From the NCBI GenBank assembly GCA_049320885.1, contig JBMORA010000031.1, positions 58,245 through 122,244 of the forward strand: a stretch of DNA of 64,000 nucleotides. The letters are read 5' to 3'. The notes under the pieces were generated by a model that saw only the letters and a list, made by a program, of their open reading frames with translations, made no database searches and was not told where the DNA came from. Position numbers and translations under genes: made by a program. How positions within the stretch are numbered: position 1 is the stretch's first letter; every line of letters starts with the position of its first letter. Shown here in pieces: positions 38,233 to 48,391 of the stretch. Origin of the DNA: Thermodesulfobacteriota bacterium (GTDB lineage: Bacteria; Desulfobacterota; Desulfobacteria; Desulfobacterales; SURF-7).

Positions 38233-38892
38233 ATGAAAAAATTCACCATCATCGGATTGGGAAATTTCGGGTATTATCTGGCCACGCGATTGTATAAAAA
38301 AGGATATGACGTGCTGGCCATCGATAAAAATCCGGTCCAGGTGCAGGCCATCAAGGACAACGTGAGCCAGGCCGTCGTCGCCGACACCACGGACCGGGCC
38401 ACGGTGACGTCACTGGGCTTGAAGGAAATGGACACCATCGCGGTCTGCATTGGTTCGGATCTGGCCGCCTCCATACTGACCATCCTGAATCTCCTGGAGA
38501 TCGGGGTGAAGAAAGTCGTGGCCAAGGCCATCAGCGAACCCCATCAGCGCATCCTGCACAAGCTCGGCATCATGGAAACCTTTTTCCCGGAAAAAGACCT
38601 GGCGATTTCCATGGCGGAAAAGCTGCATAATCCCAACATGCTGGATTATCTTCCATTCATGGAAGGGTACGGTATCGTGGAATTCGCCACCCCGACCCAG
38701 TTCATCGGCAAGTCCCTCCGGGAACTGGACTTGATCAACAAGTTCGGCATTCAAATCGTGGCCATCAAGGAAATCGTGCCCGAACGCCTCAATGTCATTC
38801 CCACGGCCCAGTTCGTCCTGAAGGACAGCGACATCATGATCCTGATCGGACCAAACGAAAGCATTGAAAAACTGAGGAAAAAGGTATCCTGA
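38233..38892 (+). CDS. ktrA: Ktr/Trk potassium uptake RCK subunit
   Basis: IIGLGNFG Rossmann motif, single RCK-N plus RCK-C, 219 aa. Confidence 0.92.
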   Translation: MKKFTIIGLGNFGYYLATRLYKKGYDVLAIDKNPVQVQAIKDNVSQAVVADTTDRATVTSLGLKEMDTIAVCIGSDLAASILTILNLLEIGVKKVVAKAISEPHQRILHKLGIMETFFPEKDLAISMAEKLHNPNMLDYLPFMEGYGIVEFATPTQFIGKSLRELDLINKFGIQIVAIKEIVPERLNVIPTAQFVLKDSDIMILIGPNESIEKLRKKVS

Positions 38893-38894
38893 AC

Positions 38895-39854
38895 ATGATC
38901 TTTCCATCACCTGAAGAGCTTGGGCGGCGCATCCGGGAGGTTTCCGGCCGATTCAAGGGGGATCAGCCGCAAATCATCGAGGACACTTCGGACTTCATGT
39001 CCATCGACGAGGGCGGCGTACTACGGCTGGACGGAAACGACTACCTGGTGATGGGGAACGCTCGGGAAGGCCGCTTCGGTATTGATGAGCAGCCCAAATT
39101 CTGGGTCAAGAATGCCATCGACCTCACCACCCGTGAACGGAAGATCATCAAGCTGGTATTCCATGAATCCTTCACCAGCCGGATCGGCGCCGATGTTTTT
39201 CATTGCGTCCGCAACCCGGAAAAAGAAGCCGCAATCCTGCGGGAAATGCAGGGAGATCCGCATTTCATGCAGGGAATTTCCCTGCATGATGTGGTCGGTA
39301 ATATCGTAAGGGTGATCGATTTCATTCCGGGGCCGTCGCTTTTCGACTACCTGCGCCGTATCGAAATGCCCCATGAAAAATACTACCATGAACTGTTCGG
39401 AAGCATCCTGAAATCCGTAATCGCATGCATCGAAGCCTTGGCCCGGCTGCACTCCGGAGGCATGCACCACGGCGATATCCGGGCGGATCACATCCTGTTG
39501 TTCGACCGGAGCAGCCGATATGTCTGGATCGACTTCGATTATGAAATCAGTCATCCGGAATATGACTTGTTCTGTCTGGGGAACATCATTTCCCAGGTGG
39601 CGGGAAAAGGGCGGCACTCCCAGCACGACATCTCCCAGCGGCCGTCGGATTATCCCGACTTCAAAAGCCCGTTGGATCCGGGGGACATGTCCCTCATGTT
39701 CCCTCACCGGGTGGCCAATCTGGGCAAACTCTTCCCGCACCTATCACCGCAACTGTCCGACATCCTGGCGCATTTTTCAGCCGGGGCAACAAACCGCTAC
39801 CGCAGCATCGATGAACTCCTGACCGATTTACACCGCCTGGACCTCCCGGGGTAA
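38895..39854 (+). CDS. Atypical protein kinase-like protein
   Basis: IIK, E..IL, FIPGPSL, LH..GMHHGDIRADHIL, WIDFD, DLFCLG. Confidence 0.75.
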   Translation: MIFPSPEELGRRIREVSGRFKGDQPQIIEDTSDFMSIDEGGVLRLDGNDYLVMGNAREGRFGIDEQPKFWVKNAIDLTTRERKIIKLVFHESFTSRIGADVFHCVRNPEKEAAILREMQGDPHFMQGISLHDVVGNIVRVIDFIPGPSLFDYLRRIEMPHEKYYHELFGSILKSVIACIEALARLHSGGMHHGDIRADHILLFDRSSRYVWIDFDYEISHPEYDLFCLGNIISQVAGKGRHSQHDISQRPSDYPDFKSPLDPGDMSLMFPHRVANLGKLFPHLSPQLSDILAHFSAGATNRYRSIDELLTDLHRLDLPG

Positions 39855-40970
39855 TTTTTCCGTGAGGATATCGGCGGCCGTCGCCACCATCTCTTTCACC
39901 ACTTCGGCGGCCGGCTTGATGTCATGGATGAGACCGGACACCTGTCCGGCAAACCCCCCGACATACTCCGTCCGGCCGGCCTTGATGAAGCCCCCCAGCA
40001 GCGCCGAGGCCAGAAGAACCTGGAAGGGAAACGGCAGGGGCGCAAGGCCCGACCCGTCCCAGAGATCATGCAGGCGGGTGTAGCTGGTACGGGACGTTTT
40101 GCCGGTATACAACCTGCTGACCCGGGTGTCCTCATCCGCCGATTCCACGATGCGCTGCTTGCACAGGGGCATGGCGCCGCCTTCATTGGTGGCCAGAAAG
40201 CGGGTGCCCACCCACACCCCGACACACCCCATGGCCAGAGCCGCGGCCAGACCGCGGCCGTCGCCGATGCCGCCGGCGGCCAGCACGGGCACGGGCGCCG
40301 CCGCGTCGATGGCCTGGGGCAGCAGGGCCATGGTACCGATCCGTCCGGTGTGTCCGCCGCCTTCATGGCCCTGGGCCACAATGAGATCCACGCCGGATTC
40401 CGCCATGCGCCTGGCGTTCCGGGCGTTTCCGGAAATGCCCAGCACCTTGACGCCGCAGGCATGGGCGTCGGCCACCATGAAACCGGGGTTGCCCAGACCA
40501 GCGCAAAACAGGGGTACCTGCTCCTCCAGGATGATCCGGATGGCTTCCCGGGGCCGCATGGTGGTGGTGCCGGTCCTCACCGTCAACTCCGCATCCGGCA
40601 GGTCCAACTCCTTCTTGACCTTTTCGAACCAGGCCCGGTGCTGCTCGGGCATCATCTTCAAGACATCCGTGAGCGGCATGTCGCCCATCTCGGTGGTGCC
40701 CTCGGGAAGATTCTTGGGCAGCAGCAGATCCACGCCGAAGGGTTTTTTCGTCCTGGACTTGATTTCCCGTATGGCGGCGCGGAGTTCCTCGAGGGTGAAA
40801 CCGGCGCCGCCCAGCACGCCCAGGCCGCCGGCCTCGGAAACCGCCACCACCAGCTCCACCGGAGCGCCGTTGGGCTCGCCGATCAGGGTCGGTCCCATCC
40901 CCGCGCTGAGGATCGGATATTCAATGCCCAGCATGTCACACAACCTGGTTCGCAACTGTCTTTCCGCCAT
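39828..40970 (-). CDS. Nitronate monooxygenase/FabK-like FMN oxidoreductase
   Basis: YPILSAGMG, AVSEAGGLG, QGHEGGGHTG, AAGGIGDGRG, GTRFLAT.E, AGQVSGLI; GGAGG RBS. Confidence 0.9.
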   Translation of the reverse strand: MAERQLRTRLCDMLGIEYPILSAGMGPTLIGEPNGAPVELVVAVSEAGGLGVLGGAGFTLEELRAAIREIKSRTKKPFGVDLLLPKNLPEGTTEMGDMPLTDVLKMMPEQHRAWFEKVKKELDLPDAELTVRTGTTTMRPREAIRIILEEQVPLFCAGLGNPGFMVADAHACGVKVLGISGNARNARRMAESGVDLIVAQGHEGGGHTGRIGTMALLPQAIDAAAPVPVLAAGGIGDGRGLAAALAMGCVGVWVGTRFLATNEGGAMPLCKQRIVESADEDTRVSRLYTGKTSRTSYTRLHDLWDGSGLAPLPFPFQVLLASALLGGFIKAGRTEYVGGFAGQVSGLIHDIKPAAEVVKEMVATAADILTEKLPREVQAV

Positions 40971-41201
40971 GAGCCCTCCTTTATTGCAGAAAAATATTGT
41001 AAGGAAAACCACCTGTCAAGAATGAAAACCCGCGTTTAAACACCCTTCTGATTTTTCGTACAAAGTGGATTCGCGTCCCCCTCTTCCCCGAAATGCGCTA
41101 GCGGCTCCGTAATTCAAAGACAAGCGGCCGCGGATATGATATGAAGGCTGAAACACCATAGTCGTGATTCCATACGGAAAAAACGAGCGGAGGATGGATG
41201 G

Positions 41202-42536
41202 GTGAAAATGCCGGATTGTCTCCGTGAATTCGTGGCGGCGCATAAACGGGACGGGCGCTTGGGACTGACGTCGGTTTGTTCGGCGAACCGCTTGGTTGTC
41301 GAGGCTGTTTTGGTACATGCCGCAAAACGGAATCTCACCGCGTGCATCGAATCCACCGGGCAGCAGGTCAATCAATTCGGCGGGTACGTGGGCATGCAGC
41401 CGCGACAATTCGCGGAATATGTCCGGCAGACCGCGAGGGCCGCCGGGCTTCCAAATGAACGGCTCATTCCAGGAGGCGACCACTTAGGGCCGGAACCCTG
41501 GAAGCACGAAGCCGCCGAAACGGCCATGGCCAAGGCCCGGGAGCTGATCCGGCAATGCGTCCTGGCGGGGTACCGGAAGCTGCATCTGGACGCCAGCACG
41601 GCTTGCCGGGACGATGTCCGCGACGGACGCCCGTGGCTTTCCACCGAAACCATCGCCGAACGGACGGCCGCTCTTTGCAAGAGCGCGGAGGAAGCCGCCG
41701 GACCAGGCCCCGACGAGGTAAACCGACTCGCCTATGTCGTGGGGACGGAAGTTCCGCCGGCGGGAGGACACCACAAGGACCATCGCGAAATACCGGCCTC
41801 CTCCGCCGCCGACATGGCGGAAACCATCACCCTGATACGGAAAGCCTTTGTCGCCAAAGGCCTGGAACCCGCCTGGGAGCGCTGTATCGCGCTGGTGGCC
41901 CATCATGGGGCCGGGTTCGGACCGGAAGTCATTTGGGCCTATGACAGCGCGAAAACCGCGGAACTCAGGGCCTCCATCCGGAACCACGCCAACCTGGTCT
42001 TCGAGGCCCATTCCACCGATTTTCAGACCCGGGCGTCCCTGGCCGCCATGGTGCAGGATCATTTCGCGATTCTCAAGGCCGGCCCGTGCCTGACCTTCGC
42101 CATGCGGGAAGCCATTTTCGCCCTTGCGCACATGGAGCGGGAATGGCTGGGAGACCGCCGGGGGGTTACCCTGTCCCGACTTCCCGAAATAATGGGCAAT
42201 GTAATGCTGGCAGAACCAAAACACTGGCGGGATCACTATCGCGGCGGCGAGACCTACCTGCGGTATATTACCGCCTACGGCTTCAGCGACCGGCTGCGCT
42301 ATTACTGGTCGCATCCCCGGATCACCGAGGCGGTTTCCCTGCTGTTTCACAACCTGGCGCGCCACGGCATTCCCCTGCCCCTGCTCAGTCAATACCTGCC
42401 CGCCCAGTACGCAGCGGTCCGGGAAGGCCGTCTTGACGGCACCCCGGAAAGCCTGGTGACCGGCAAGATTTTCGAAATCCTGGACCGGTACGCGGCGGCC
42501 TGCGGTCATTCGGGTGAACGTTCCCGGAGCATCTGA
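41202..42536 (+). CDS. gatZ: GatZ/KbaZ family protein (tagatose-6-phosphate 4-epimerase-like)
   Basis: SVCSA, QVNQFGGY.GM, GGDHLGP, KLHLDAS, VGTEVP, FEAHSTD, HFAILK.GP.LTFA.RE, SDR.RYYW. Confidence 0.9.
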   Translation: MKMPDCLREFVAAHKRDGRLGLTSVCSANRLVVEAVLVHAAKRNLTACIESTGQQVNQFGGYVGMQPRQFAEYVRQTARAAGLPNERLIPGGDHLGPEPWKHEAAETAMAKARELIRQCVLAGYRKLHLDASTACRDDVRDGRPWLSTETIAERTAALCKSAEEAAGPGPDEVNRLAYVVGTEVPPAGGHHKDHREIPASSAADMAETITLIRKAFVAKGLEPAWERCIALVAHHGAGFGPEVIWAYDSAKTAELRASIRNHANLVFEAHSTDFQTRASLAAMVQDHFAILKAGPCLTFAMREAIFALAHMEREWLGDRRGVTLSRLPEIMGNVMLAEPKHWRDHYRGGETYLRYITAYGFSDRLRYYWSHPRITEAVSLLFHNLARHGIPLPLLSQYLPAQYAAVREGRLDGTPESLVTGKIFEILDRYAAACGHSGERSRSI

Positions 42537-44344
42537 AAATATTCCTCTTCGGTCAGGATGGCGACCCCCAGTTTTTTGGCTTTATCCAGCTTGGCCTGCC
42601 CGACTTTTTCACCACACACCAGATAATCCGTGCGGCCGCCCACGGCGGTCTGGACCTGGGCCCCCAGGCGGCGGGCCTGGGCCTGCATTTCCTCGCGGTC
42701 GCCGTGCCGCATTTTCCCGCTGAACACGATGCTCTTCCCGCTGAGCATTCCGGACCCGCCACCGTTGCCCGCCGGGGGGGTGCGCAGGATGGTGAATCCC
42801 AGGGCCAGCATGTGGGCCAGGGTATCGCGCACCTTGTCGAGCCCGGCGGCGACGGCCCGGCTGGTGATCTCCCCGAAGCCGTGAATTCCGGCGATCTTTG
42901 CGGCGTCCAGGGCCGGCAGTTCCTCGATGGCGAAATGGGACAACAGCTTGCGGCTGTCGCCTTTCCCCAGGTTGGAAATGCCGAAAGCCGCCAGAAAACG
43001 CCAGTCCTCGACCGGCTTGGCAAGACTGGTCCGCAGCGCGTCATGCAGATTCCGGGATTGGACCGGACCAAAACCCATGGCCGCGAAATCCTTTTCCGCA
43101 AGGGCGTACACTTTCTCGAGGCTGTCGTATCCTCCCGCCACCAGTTTCCGGATGGTCTTGATCCCGAACCAGTCCGCCGTTCCAAGGGTTTTGAAAAAAT
43201 GGCTGATCCCCTGCTCGATCTGCGCCGGACAGCTCGCATGGTCGCACCGGAGGAAATCGTTTTCCCACTGCAGCGGCAGACCGCAGGAAGGGCAACGGTC
43301 GGGAATTTCCACCCGGGAGGAAGGGGTGATGACCTTCTCCAGTTTCGGAATCACCTCGCCGCTGCGGATGATTTCGATCGAAGCCCCCGGGCCGATGCGG
43401 TCGTCGCGGATCCGGCCGGCGTGATGGGCCGTCACCCGCCGGATGGTGGCGCCGGAAAGCGAGACCGGCCGGACCTCCATCACCGGCGTGACGTTACCGG
43501 TGCGCCCCACCTGCCACAGAACATTTTCCACAACCGTTTCCGCCGTTTCCCCCTTGGTTTTCAGGGCGATCTGCCAGCGGTAGTGGTGGGTGGTGGCGCC
43601 CATTCTGGCCCGCACCCGTTCATCCAGCGCCATGACCACCATGCCGTCCATGGGATAGTCGGTGCGGGCCGCCAGCTCCATGGTGACGGCTTCCAGATCG
43701 GCCAGAAGTTGTTCGGCGGTGCCGGTCCAGGATGGCAGGCCGACATAGGGAACGAAATGAACCGCACCGTCGGAAAGCGTCTGCCGGGCGAACTCATTCA
43801 GGGTGTCCGAAGCCACGATTCCCACCACCATGTTGCGGGGGTGCTCGAATTTATCGGCCAGGTGCTCGTCGAAATAGGACTTCACGATGACGATCTCGCC
43901 GATCCCTTGACCCCTCCCGCCTACAGGAATCACGCCTTTCTGAAAAGCGCTGCTGATTTCATATCCCACCTCCCCGTTGCCCCGGGAGGCGAACACGGTG
44001 CCGTCGTCGCGACCGGCCAGGCCGTCCAGTTTGGGAGTCACCTGAAACAGAACCCCCGACGCCCCGATGTCGGCCGCTTCCTTCGCCACCCGGCTAAGGA
44101 AACGCTCCAGTTCCTCACGGGTATAGGCTTTTTCAATGGACAGCATGGGGGTGGGATGGCGGACTTCCAGTTTGGTGTCGAACACCTCCGGCTCTACGGC
44201 GCTCAGAAAAGGATGATCCGGCGCAAGAGATTTGAGTTCCGCTACGAGGCTGTCGTATTCATGATCGGAAACCAGGGGAGCCCCGCGTCGGTAAGCCACG
44301 TTATACATCCGGAGGCGTCGGACCAGTTCATCGAGGGATGTCAT
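42506..44344 (-). CDS. ligA: NAD-dependent DNA ligase (compact LigA)
   Basis: AY..G.P.VSD.EYD, H..PMLS, KLDG, DG.V, WQVGRTG, IIRSGEVIPK, C4 zinc finger, HhH, C-terminal BRCT. Confidence 0.85.
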   Translation of the reverse strand: MTSLDELVRRLRMYNVAYRRGAPLVSDHEYDSLVAELKSLAPDHPFLSAVEPEVFDTKLEVRHPTPMLSIEKAYTREELERFLSRVAKEAADIGASGVLFQVTPKLDGLAGRDDGTVFASRGNGEVGYEISSAFQKGVIPVGGRGQGIGEIVIVKSYFDEHLADKFEHPRNMVVGIVASDTLNEFARQTLSDGAVHFVPYVGLPSWTGTAEQLLADLEAVTMELAARTDYPMDGMVVMALDERVRARMGATTHHYRWQIALKTKGETAETVVENVLWQVGRTGNVTPVMEVRPVSLSGATIRRVTAHHAGRIRDDRIGPGASIEIIRSGEVIPKLEKVITPSSRVEIPDRCPSCGLPLQWENDFLRCDHASCPAQIEQGISHFFKTLGTADWFGIKTIRKLVAGGYDSLEKVYALAEKDFAAMGFGPVQSRNLHDALRTSLAKPVEDWRFLAAFGISNLGKGDSRKLLSHFAIEELPALDAAKIAGIHGFGEITSRAVAAGLDKVRDTLAHMLALGFTILRTPPAGNGGGSGMLSGKSIVFSGKMRHGDREEMQAQARRLGAQVQTAVGGRTDYLVCGEKVGQAKLDKAKKLGVAILTEEEYFQMLRERSPE

Positions 44345-45077
44345 TCTCGCCTCCTTCCAGGCGGCGGCAGATATCGGGAATCGCCTCCCGGATTTTGCGG
44401 CGGGCGGCTTTCAGGCGCTCGTCCCGGAATCCCGGGCGCCATTTCAGGGTGGACAGGTCATCGGAAACCGCCAGCACCGCGCCGACCTCCGCTTTCCGGT
44501 ATCGGCCGACGGCGAACAGGGCGGAGGTTTCCATCTCCACCGCCAAGGCCCCCCGTTGACGAAATCCCGTCACTTTCGCCGCCGTTTCCCGAAAGACGGC
44601 GTCCGTTGTCCAGACACCGCCTTCCTGAAACGGAACGGCCGCTTCGGACAGGGCATCCCGGACGGTACGCGCCAGGGAAGCGGACGGCCGTTCGGCCGTT
44701 GCGGGATTTCCGCCGTAATGCAGCGAGGTGCCTTCATCGATGAAGGCGGCATCGGGCAGCAGGATATCGCCGATGCCCAGGCGGGGACATAGCGATCCGC
44801 ACCAGCCGAAAAAAAGAATGTTCCGGGCTCCCCAGGCGATGAGGTTTTCCAGCAGGATGACCGCATAGGGCGCGCCCACCATGGGACCGACCAGGGCTGG
44901 TTTTCCGCCTTCCGGCAGGCAGAGCCGGCTCATCAGCAAGGGAGCTGTCGACGATCGTTCAGCGCCGATCTCCGAAGTCAGGGCCTCGAAGTCCTCGGCG
45001 GTGGCGATCATGACCGCTGTCCGAAGCTTCGGCGATTTCTTGCCGCGCCCCGGATTGATGACGGCATCGTGATTCAT
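44328..45077 (-). CDS. Nucleoside phosphorylase (PNP/UDP family)
   Basis: GAPYA, G.CGSL, DEGTS.HY, WTTDAVFRET, AVEME.SA, VSD. Confidence 0.88.
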   Translation of the reverse strand: MNHDAVINPGRGKKSPKLRTAVMIATAEDFEALTSEIGAERSSTAPLLMSRLCLPEGGKPALVGPMVGAPYAVILLENLIAWGARNILFFGWCGSLCPRLGIGDILLPDAAFIDEGTSLHYGGNPATAERPSASLARTVRDALSEAAVPFQEGGVWTTDAVFRETAAKVTGFRQRGALAVEMETSALFAVGRYRKAEVGAVLAVSDDLSTLKWRPGFRDERLKAARRKIREAIPDICRRLEGGENDIPR

Positions 45078-45108
45078 CGGGTTCCCGACGGCTATTGAAA
45101 AACGAAGG

Positions 45109-45363
45109 CTATTCCGGCTCCACCAGACGCTGCATTTCTTCCTTGATCTCGTCGATGATGCCGTAAAGCCACAGGAGATCTTCCATGCTCAGGCGTCCGG
45201 CCTTGGCCGGCGCACGGTCGCCGCCATCCTTTTTTTTCAGCATGCGGGGGCCGATCTGGACCTTGGGGCGCGAGTCCGCATACTGGTTGATGGAGACCAG
45301 CAGACCGGTTTCCTCGCAGCGCCATTGCTTCAACAGTTTATCCTTATCCGGATCAAAAGGCAT
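45109..45363 (-). CDS. Small hypothetical protein
   Basis: 84 aa, GGAGG RBS before ATG 45363, directly downstream of glyS. Confidence 0.75.
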   Translation of the reverse strand: MPFDPDKDKLLKQWRCEETGLLVSINQYADSRPKVQIGPRMLKKKDGGDRAPAKAGRLSMEDLLWLYGIIDEIKEEMQRLVEPE

Positions 45364-45404
45364 TGTTACCTCCATGTGATGTTATCGTTGAATGTTGCCT
45401 GCCG

Positions 45405-47483
45405 TCAGGTGGTGATTTTCGAAAAATCGGCGATGGTTTCGAACAGCGCCGCGATTGCGGCCAGCAGGGCAAACCGGTTGTTGCGGATCTCGATTTCCTC
45501 CGCCATGACCAGGACACCGTCGAAAAAACCGTCCACCGCCGGACGCAGGGAAGCGATCTCCCGCATGGCCTGATCGAAGTCCCCCTGCCCCAGGTGGCCG
45601 TCGACCTTCTTTCTGACATCCTCAAAGGCCTGCATCAGGGCCGATTCACTGGCATGCCGGAACAGGGACGGGTTTATCCGGGCCCTCTCAAATCCTTCGG
45701 ATTTCCGGATGATGTTGACCACCCGCTTGAAGGCCGTCGCCAATGGTTCGAAATCGGGCGCTTGTTTCAGGTTCGCAAGGGCCCGGGCACGGGCCCAGAC
45801 ATCCGGCACGCGGTCGACGGAGATGGCGGTCACCGCGGCCACGACGTCCTTGCTGTAGCCTTCCTCGATGAGCAGATGGGACATTCTGTCCCGCAGGAAC
45901 CCGTACACCGGATCGATGACCCTGGCGGGCTCGGCGGCATTCCCGCCAGCGAACAGGGAAACACTTTCCGCGACAAGGTTCCGCAGGTTGACAAGCAAAC
46001 GGCGATCCAGCAGGATCTGGATGATACCGATGCCCTGACGTCTCAAGGCGTAGGGATCGGAAGCGCCGGTGGGGGAAAGCCCCACGCTGAAACATCCGCA
46101 GATGGAATCCATCTTATCGGCCAGGGCCAGCAGCGCGCCGGTTGCGGTTTCCGGCAGGCGTCCGCCCGAGTAAGTCGGGCGGTAATGCTCCTCGATGGCG
46201 GTGGCGACTTCCCCGGGTTCCCCGGCCGCTGCGGCGTAAATCCGTCCCATGATCCCCTGCAGTTTGGGAAATTCAATGACCATCTGGGTGACCAGATCCG
46301 TCTTGCACAACCAGGCCGCCCGCAGAAGCAGGGCTTTCTCTTGGTCCGAGGCGCCGGTCTGTCCGGCCAGGAATCCGGCCAGGTGCCGCACCCGTTCGAT
46401 TTTCTCGCGCATGGAACCGAGCTTTGCCTGGAACATCACGCCGTCAAGCCGATCCACCAGATTTTCCGGTTTGCTTTCCAGATCGCTCCGGTAGAAGAAC
46501 CGGGCGTCCTCCAGGCGCGCCCGCAGAACCCGTTCGTGCCCCCTGGCCACGAGGCCCATGTCCCTGGCCTCCGTATTGTTCACGGCGATGAAATGGGGCA
46601 TCAAGCCGCCGTCCCGCCGCACCACGGCGAAATACTTCTGGTGCTCGCGCATGGCCGTGATCAAGACTTCCTTGGGCAATTCCAGAAATTTTTCATCGAA
46701 GTTCCCGACCACCGGAAACGGATATTCCACCAGGTTGGTGACGATATCGATCAACTCCTCATCCGGCATGACTTCTCCTCCGGCATGGACGGCCGCCTCG
46801 GTCACCAACCGCTTGACCTCCTGCCTGCGGCGTCGGATATCCGGAATGACCCGGCCCGCTTCCAAAACGGCGCCATATTCTTCGGGAGCATTCACTTTCA
46901 ACCGGCCGGACGAATGAAAACGGTGCCCCAGGGTATAGCGGTTTCCCTTGATGTCGCCGATGGTGACGGCAATCACCTGCTCGCCCCAGAGGGAAAGGAT
47001 CGACTGAATGGGCCGGGCGAATTCCACGGTAAGGGTGCCCCATTTCATGCGTTTGGGAAACGTCACAGACTGGATGACTTCCGGCAGGATGCGCTTCAGG
47101 ACGACGGGGGTGGGTTGCCCCTTCTCCGTTTTCACGGCACACAAATATCGGCCTTTGGGAGTTTCCTTGATGGTGATCCGCTGCACGGGAATCCCCGCCT
47201 TTTCGGCGAATTTTTCAGCAGCCACCGTGGGCCTGCCCTCGGCGTCGAACCCGACCTTCTCCGGCGGACCCGTCATTTCACTGGTCAGCGAGGTCTGTCG
47301 CGCCGCGACATCCCTGATCGCAACCGCCAGACGCCGCGGCGTTCCATAGGTTCCGGCCGTTCCATGGGCGATCCTGGCCTCATCGAGTTTTTTCACCAGA
47401 TTGTCCGCAAGGCTCGCGAGGGCCGGCTGGATGTATCCGGCGGGGATTTCTTCCGATCCGATTTCAAGCAACAGCGTTTTCAT
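45405..47483 (-). CDS. glyS: Glycine--tRNA ligase beta subunit
   Basis: [46 protein letters not shown]. Confidence 0.97.
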   Translation of the reverse strand: MKTLLLEIGSEEIPAGYIQPALASLADNLVKKLDEARIAHGTAGTYGTPRRLAVAIRDVAARQTSLTSEMTGPPEKVGFDAEGRPTVAAEKFAEKAGIPVQRITIKETPKGRYLCAVKTEKGQPTPVVLKRILPEVIQSVTFPKRMKWGTLTVEFARPIQSILSLWGEQVIAVTIGDIKGNRYTLGHRFHSSGRLKVNAPEEYGAVLEAGRVIPDIRRRRQEVKRLVTEAAVHAGGEVMPDEELIDIVTNLVEYPFPVVGNFDEKFLELPKEVLITAMREHQKYFAVVRRDGGLMPHFIAVNNTEARDMGLVARGHERVLRARLEDARFFYRSDLESKPENLVDRLDGVMFQAKLGSMREKIERVRHLAGFLAGQTGASDQEKALLLRAAWLCKTDLVTQMVIEFPKLQGIMGRIYAAAAGEPGEVATAIEEHYRPTYSGGRLPETATGALLALADKMDSICGCFSVGLSPTGASDPYALRRQGIGIIQILLDRRLLVNLRNLVAESVSLFAGGNAAEPARVIDPVYGFLRDRMSHLLIEEGYSKDVVAAVTAISVDRVPDVWARARALANLKQAPDFEPLATAFKRVVNIIRKSEGFERARINPSLFRHASESALMQAFEDVRKKVDGHLGQGDFDQAMREIASLRPAVDGFFDGVLVMAEEIEIRNNRFALLAAIAALFETIADFSKITT

Positions 47484-48364
47484 ATTCTCCTCGTCAATGC
47501 ATTCAAAAGCGGGAATCCCATGGTTTCCCGTTGCTGCAGGTAGGCCTCGGCGCAGGCCCGGGCGATATTGCGGATCCGGGCGATATAACCGGTTCTCTCC
47601 GTCACGCTGATGGCGCCCCGGGCGTCCAACAGATTGAACGTATGGGAGCACTTCAGGCAATGCTCATAGGCGGGTATCACCAGGCCCTGCTTCACCACGC
47701 GCAGGGCTTCCGCCTCATAGCGCGAAAAAAAATCCAGGAGCATGGCCACGTCGGCGGTTTCAAAATTATAGGTCGACTGCTCCACTTCCTGACGATGATA
47801 TACGTCGCCGTAACGGATATGGTCGTTCCATTTCAGATCATAGACATTGTCGATTCCCTGGAGGTACATGGCGATGCGCTCGAGCCCGTAAGTGATTTCA
47901 ACGGAAATGGGATGCAGCTCGATGCTGCCGGCCTGCTGAAAATAGGTGAACTGGGTGATTTCCATTCCGTCGAGCCAGACTTCCCAGCCCAGTCCCGATG
48001 CCCCGAGGGTCGGGGATTCCCAGTCGTCCTCCACGAAACGGATATCGTGTTCCAGCGAATCCACGCCCAAGGCCTTCAGGCTCTTCAAATACAATTCCTG
48101 CACATCGGCCGGCGACGGTTTCAATAAAACCTGGAACTGGTAGTAATGCTGCAAACGATTCGGATTTTCGCCATAGCGGCCGTCCGTGGGACGGCGGGAG
48201 GGCTGAACATAGGCCACCCGCCAAGGCTCCGGACCCAAAGCCTTGAGCAGGGTCGTCGGATGAAACGTCCCCGCGCCCACTTCCATGTCATAGGGCTGGA
48301 TCAGCACGCATCCCTTGCGCCCCCAGTATTGTTGCAGCGTCAAAATCACATCCTGGAAATTCAT
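47480..48364 (-). CDS. glyQ: Glycine--tRNA ligase alpha subunit
   Basis: [48 protein letters not shown]. Confidence 0.98.
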   Translation of the reverse strand: MNFQDVILTLQQYWGRKGCVLIQPYDMEVGAGTFHPTTLLKALGPEPWRVAYVQPSRRPTDGRYGENPNRLQHYYQFQVLLKPSPADVQELYLKSLKALGVDSLEHDIRFVEDDWESPTLGASGLGWEVWLDGMEITQFTYFQQAGSIELHPISVEITYGLERIAMYLQGIDNVYDLKWNDHIRYGDVYHRQEVEQSTYNFETADVAMLLDFFSRYEAEALRVVKQGLVIPAYEHCLKCSHTFNLLDARGAISVTERTGYIARIRNIARACAEAYLQQRETMGFPLLNALTRRI

Positions 48365-48391
48365 GAACCATTCCTTCATTTCAGTTGCAGT

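Noticed and set aside
39828..39854. Convergent 3' overlap of the kinase and NMO genes as an antisense system
   Set aside because: Short tail-to-tail overlaps are common; no further evidence
42704..47543. 679-aa and 726-aa plus-strand ORFs
   Set aside because: Antisense to ligA and glyS, which carry clear family motifs
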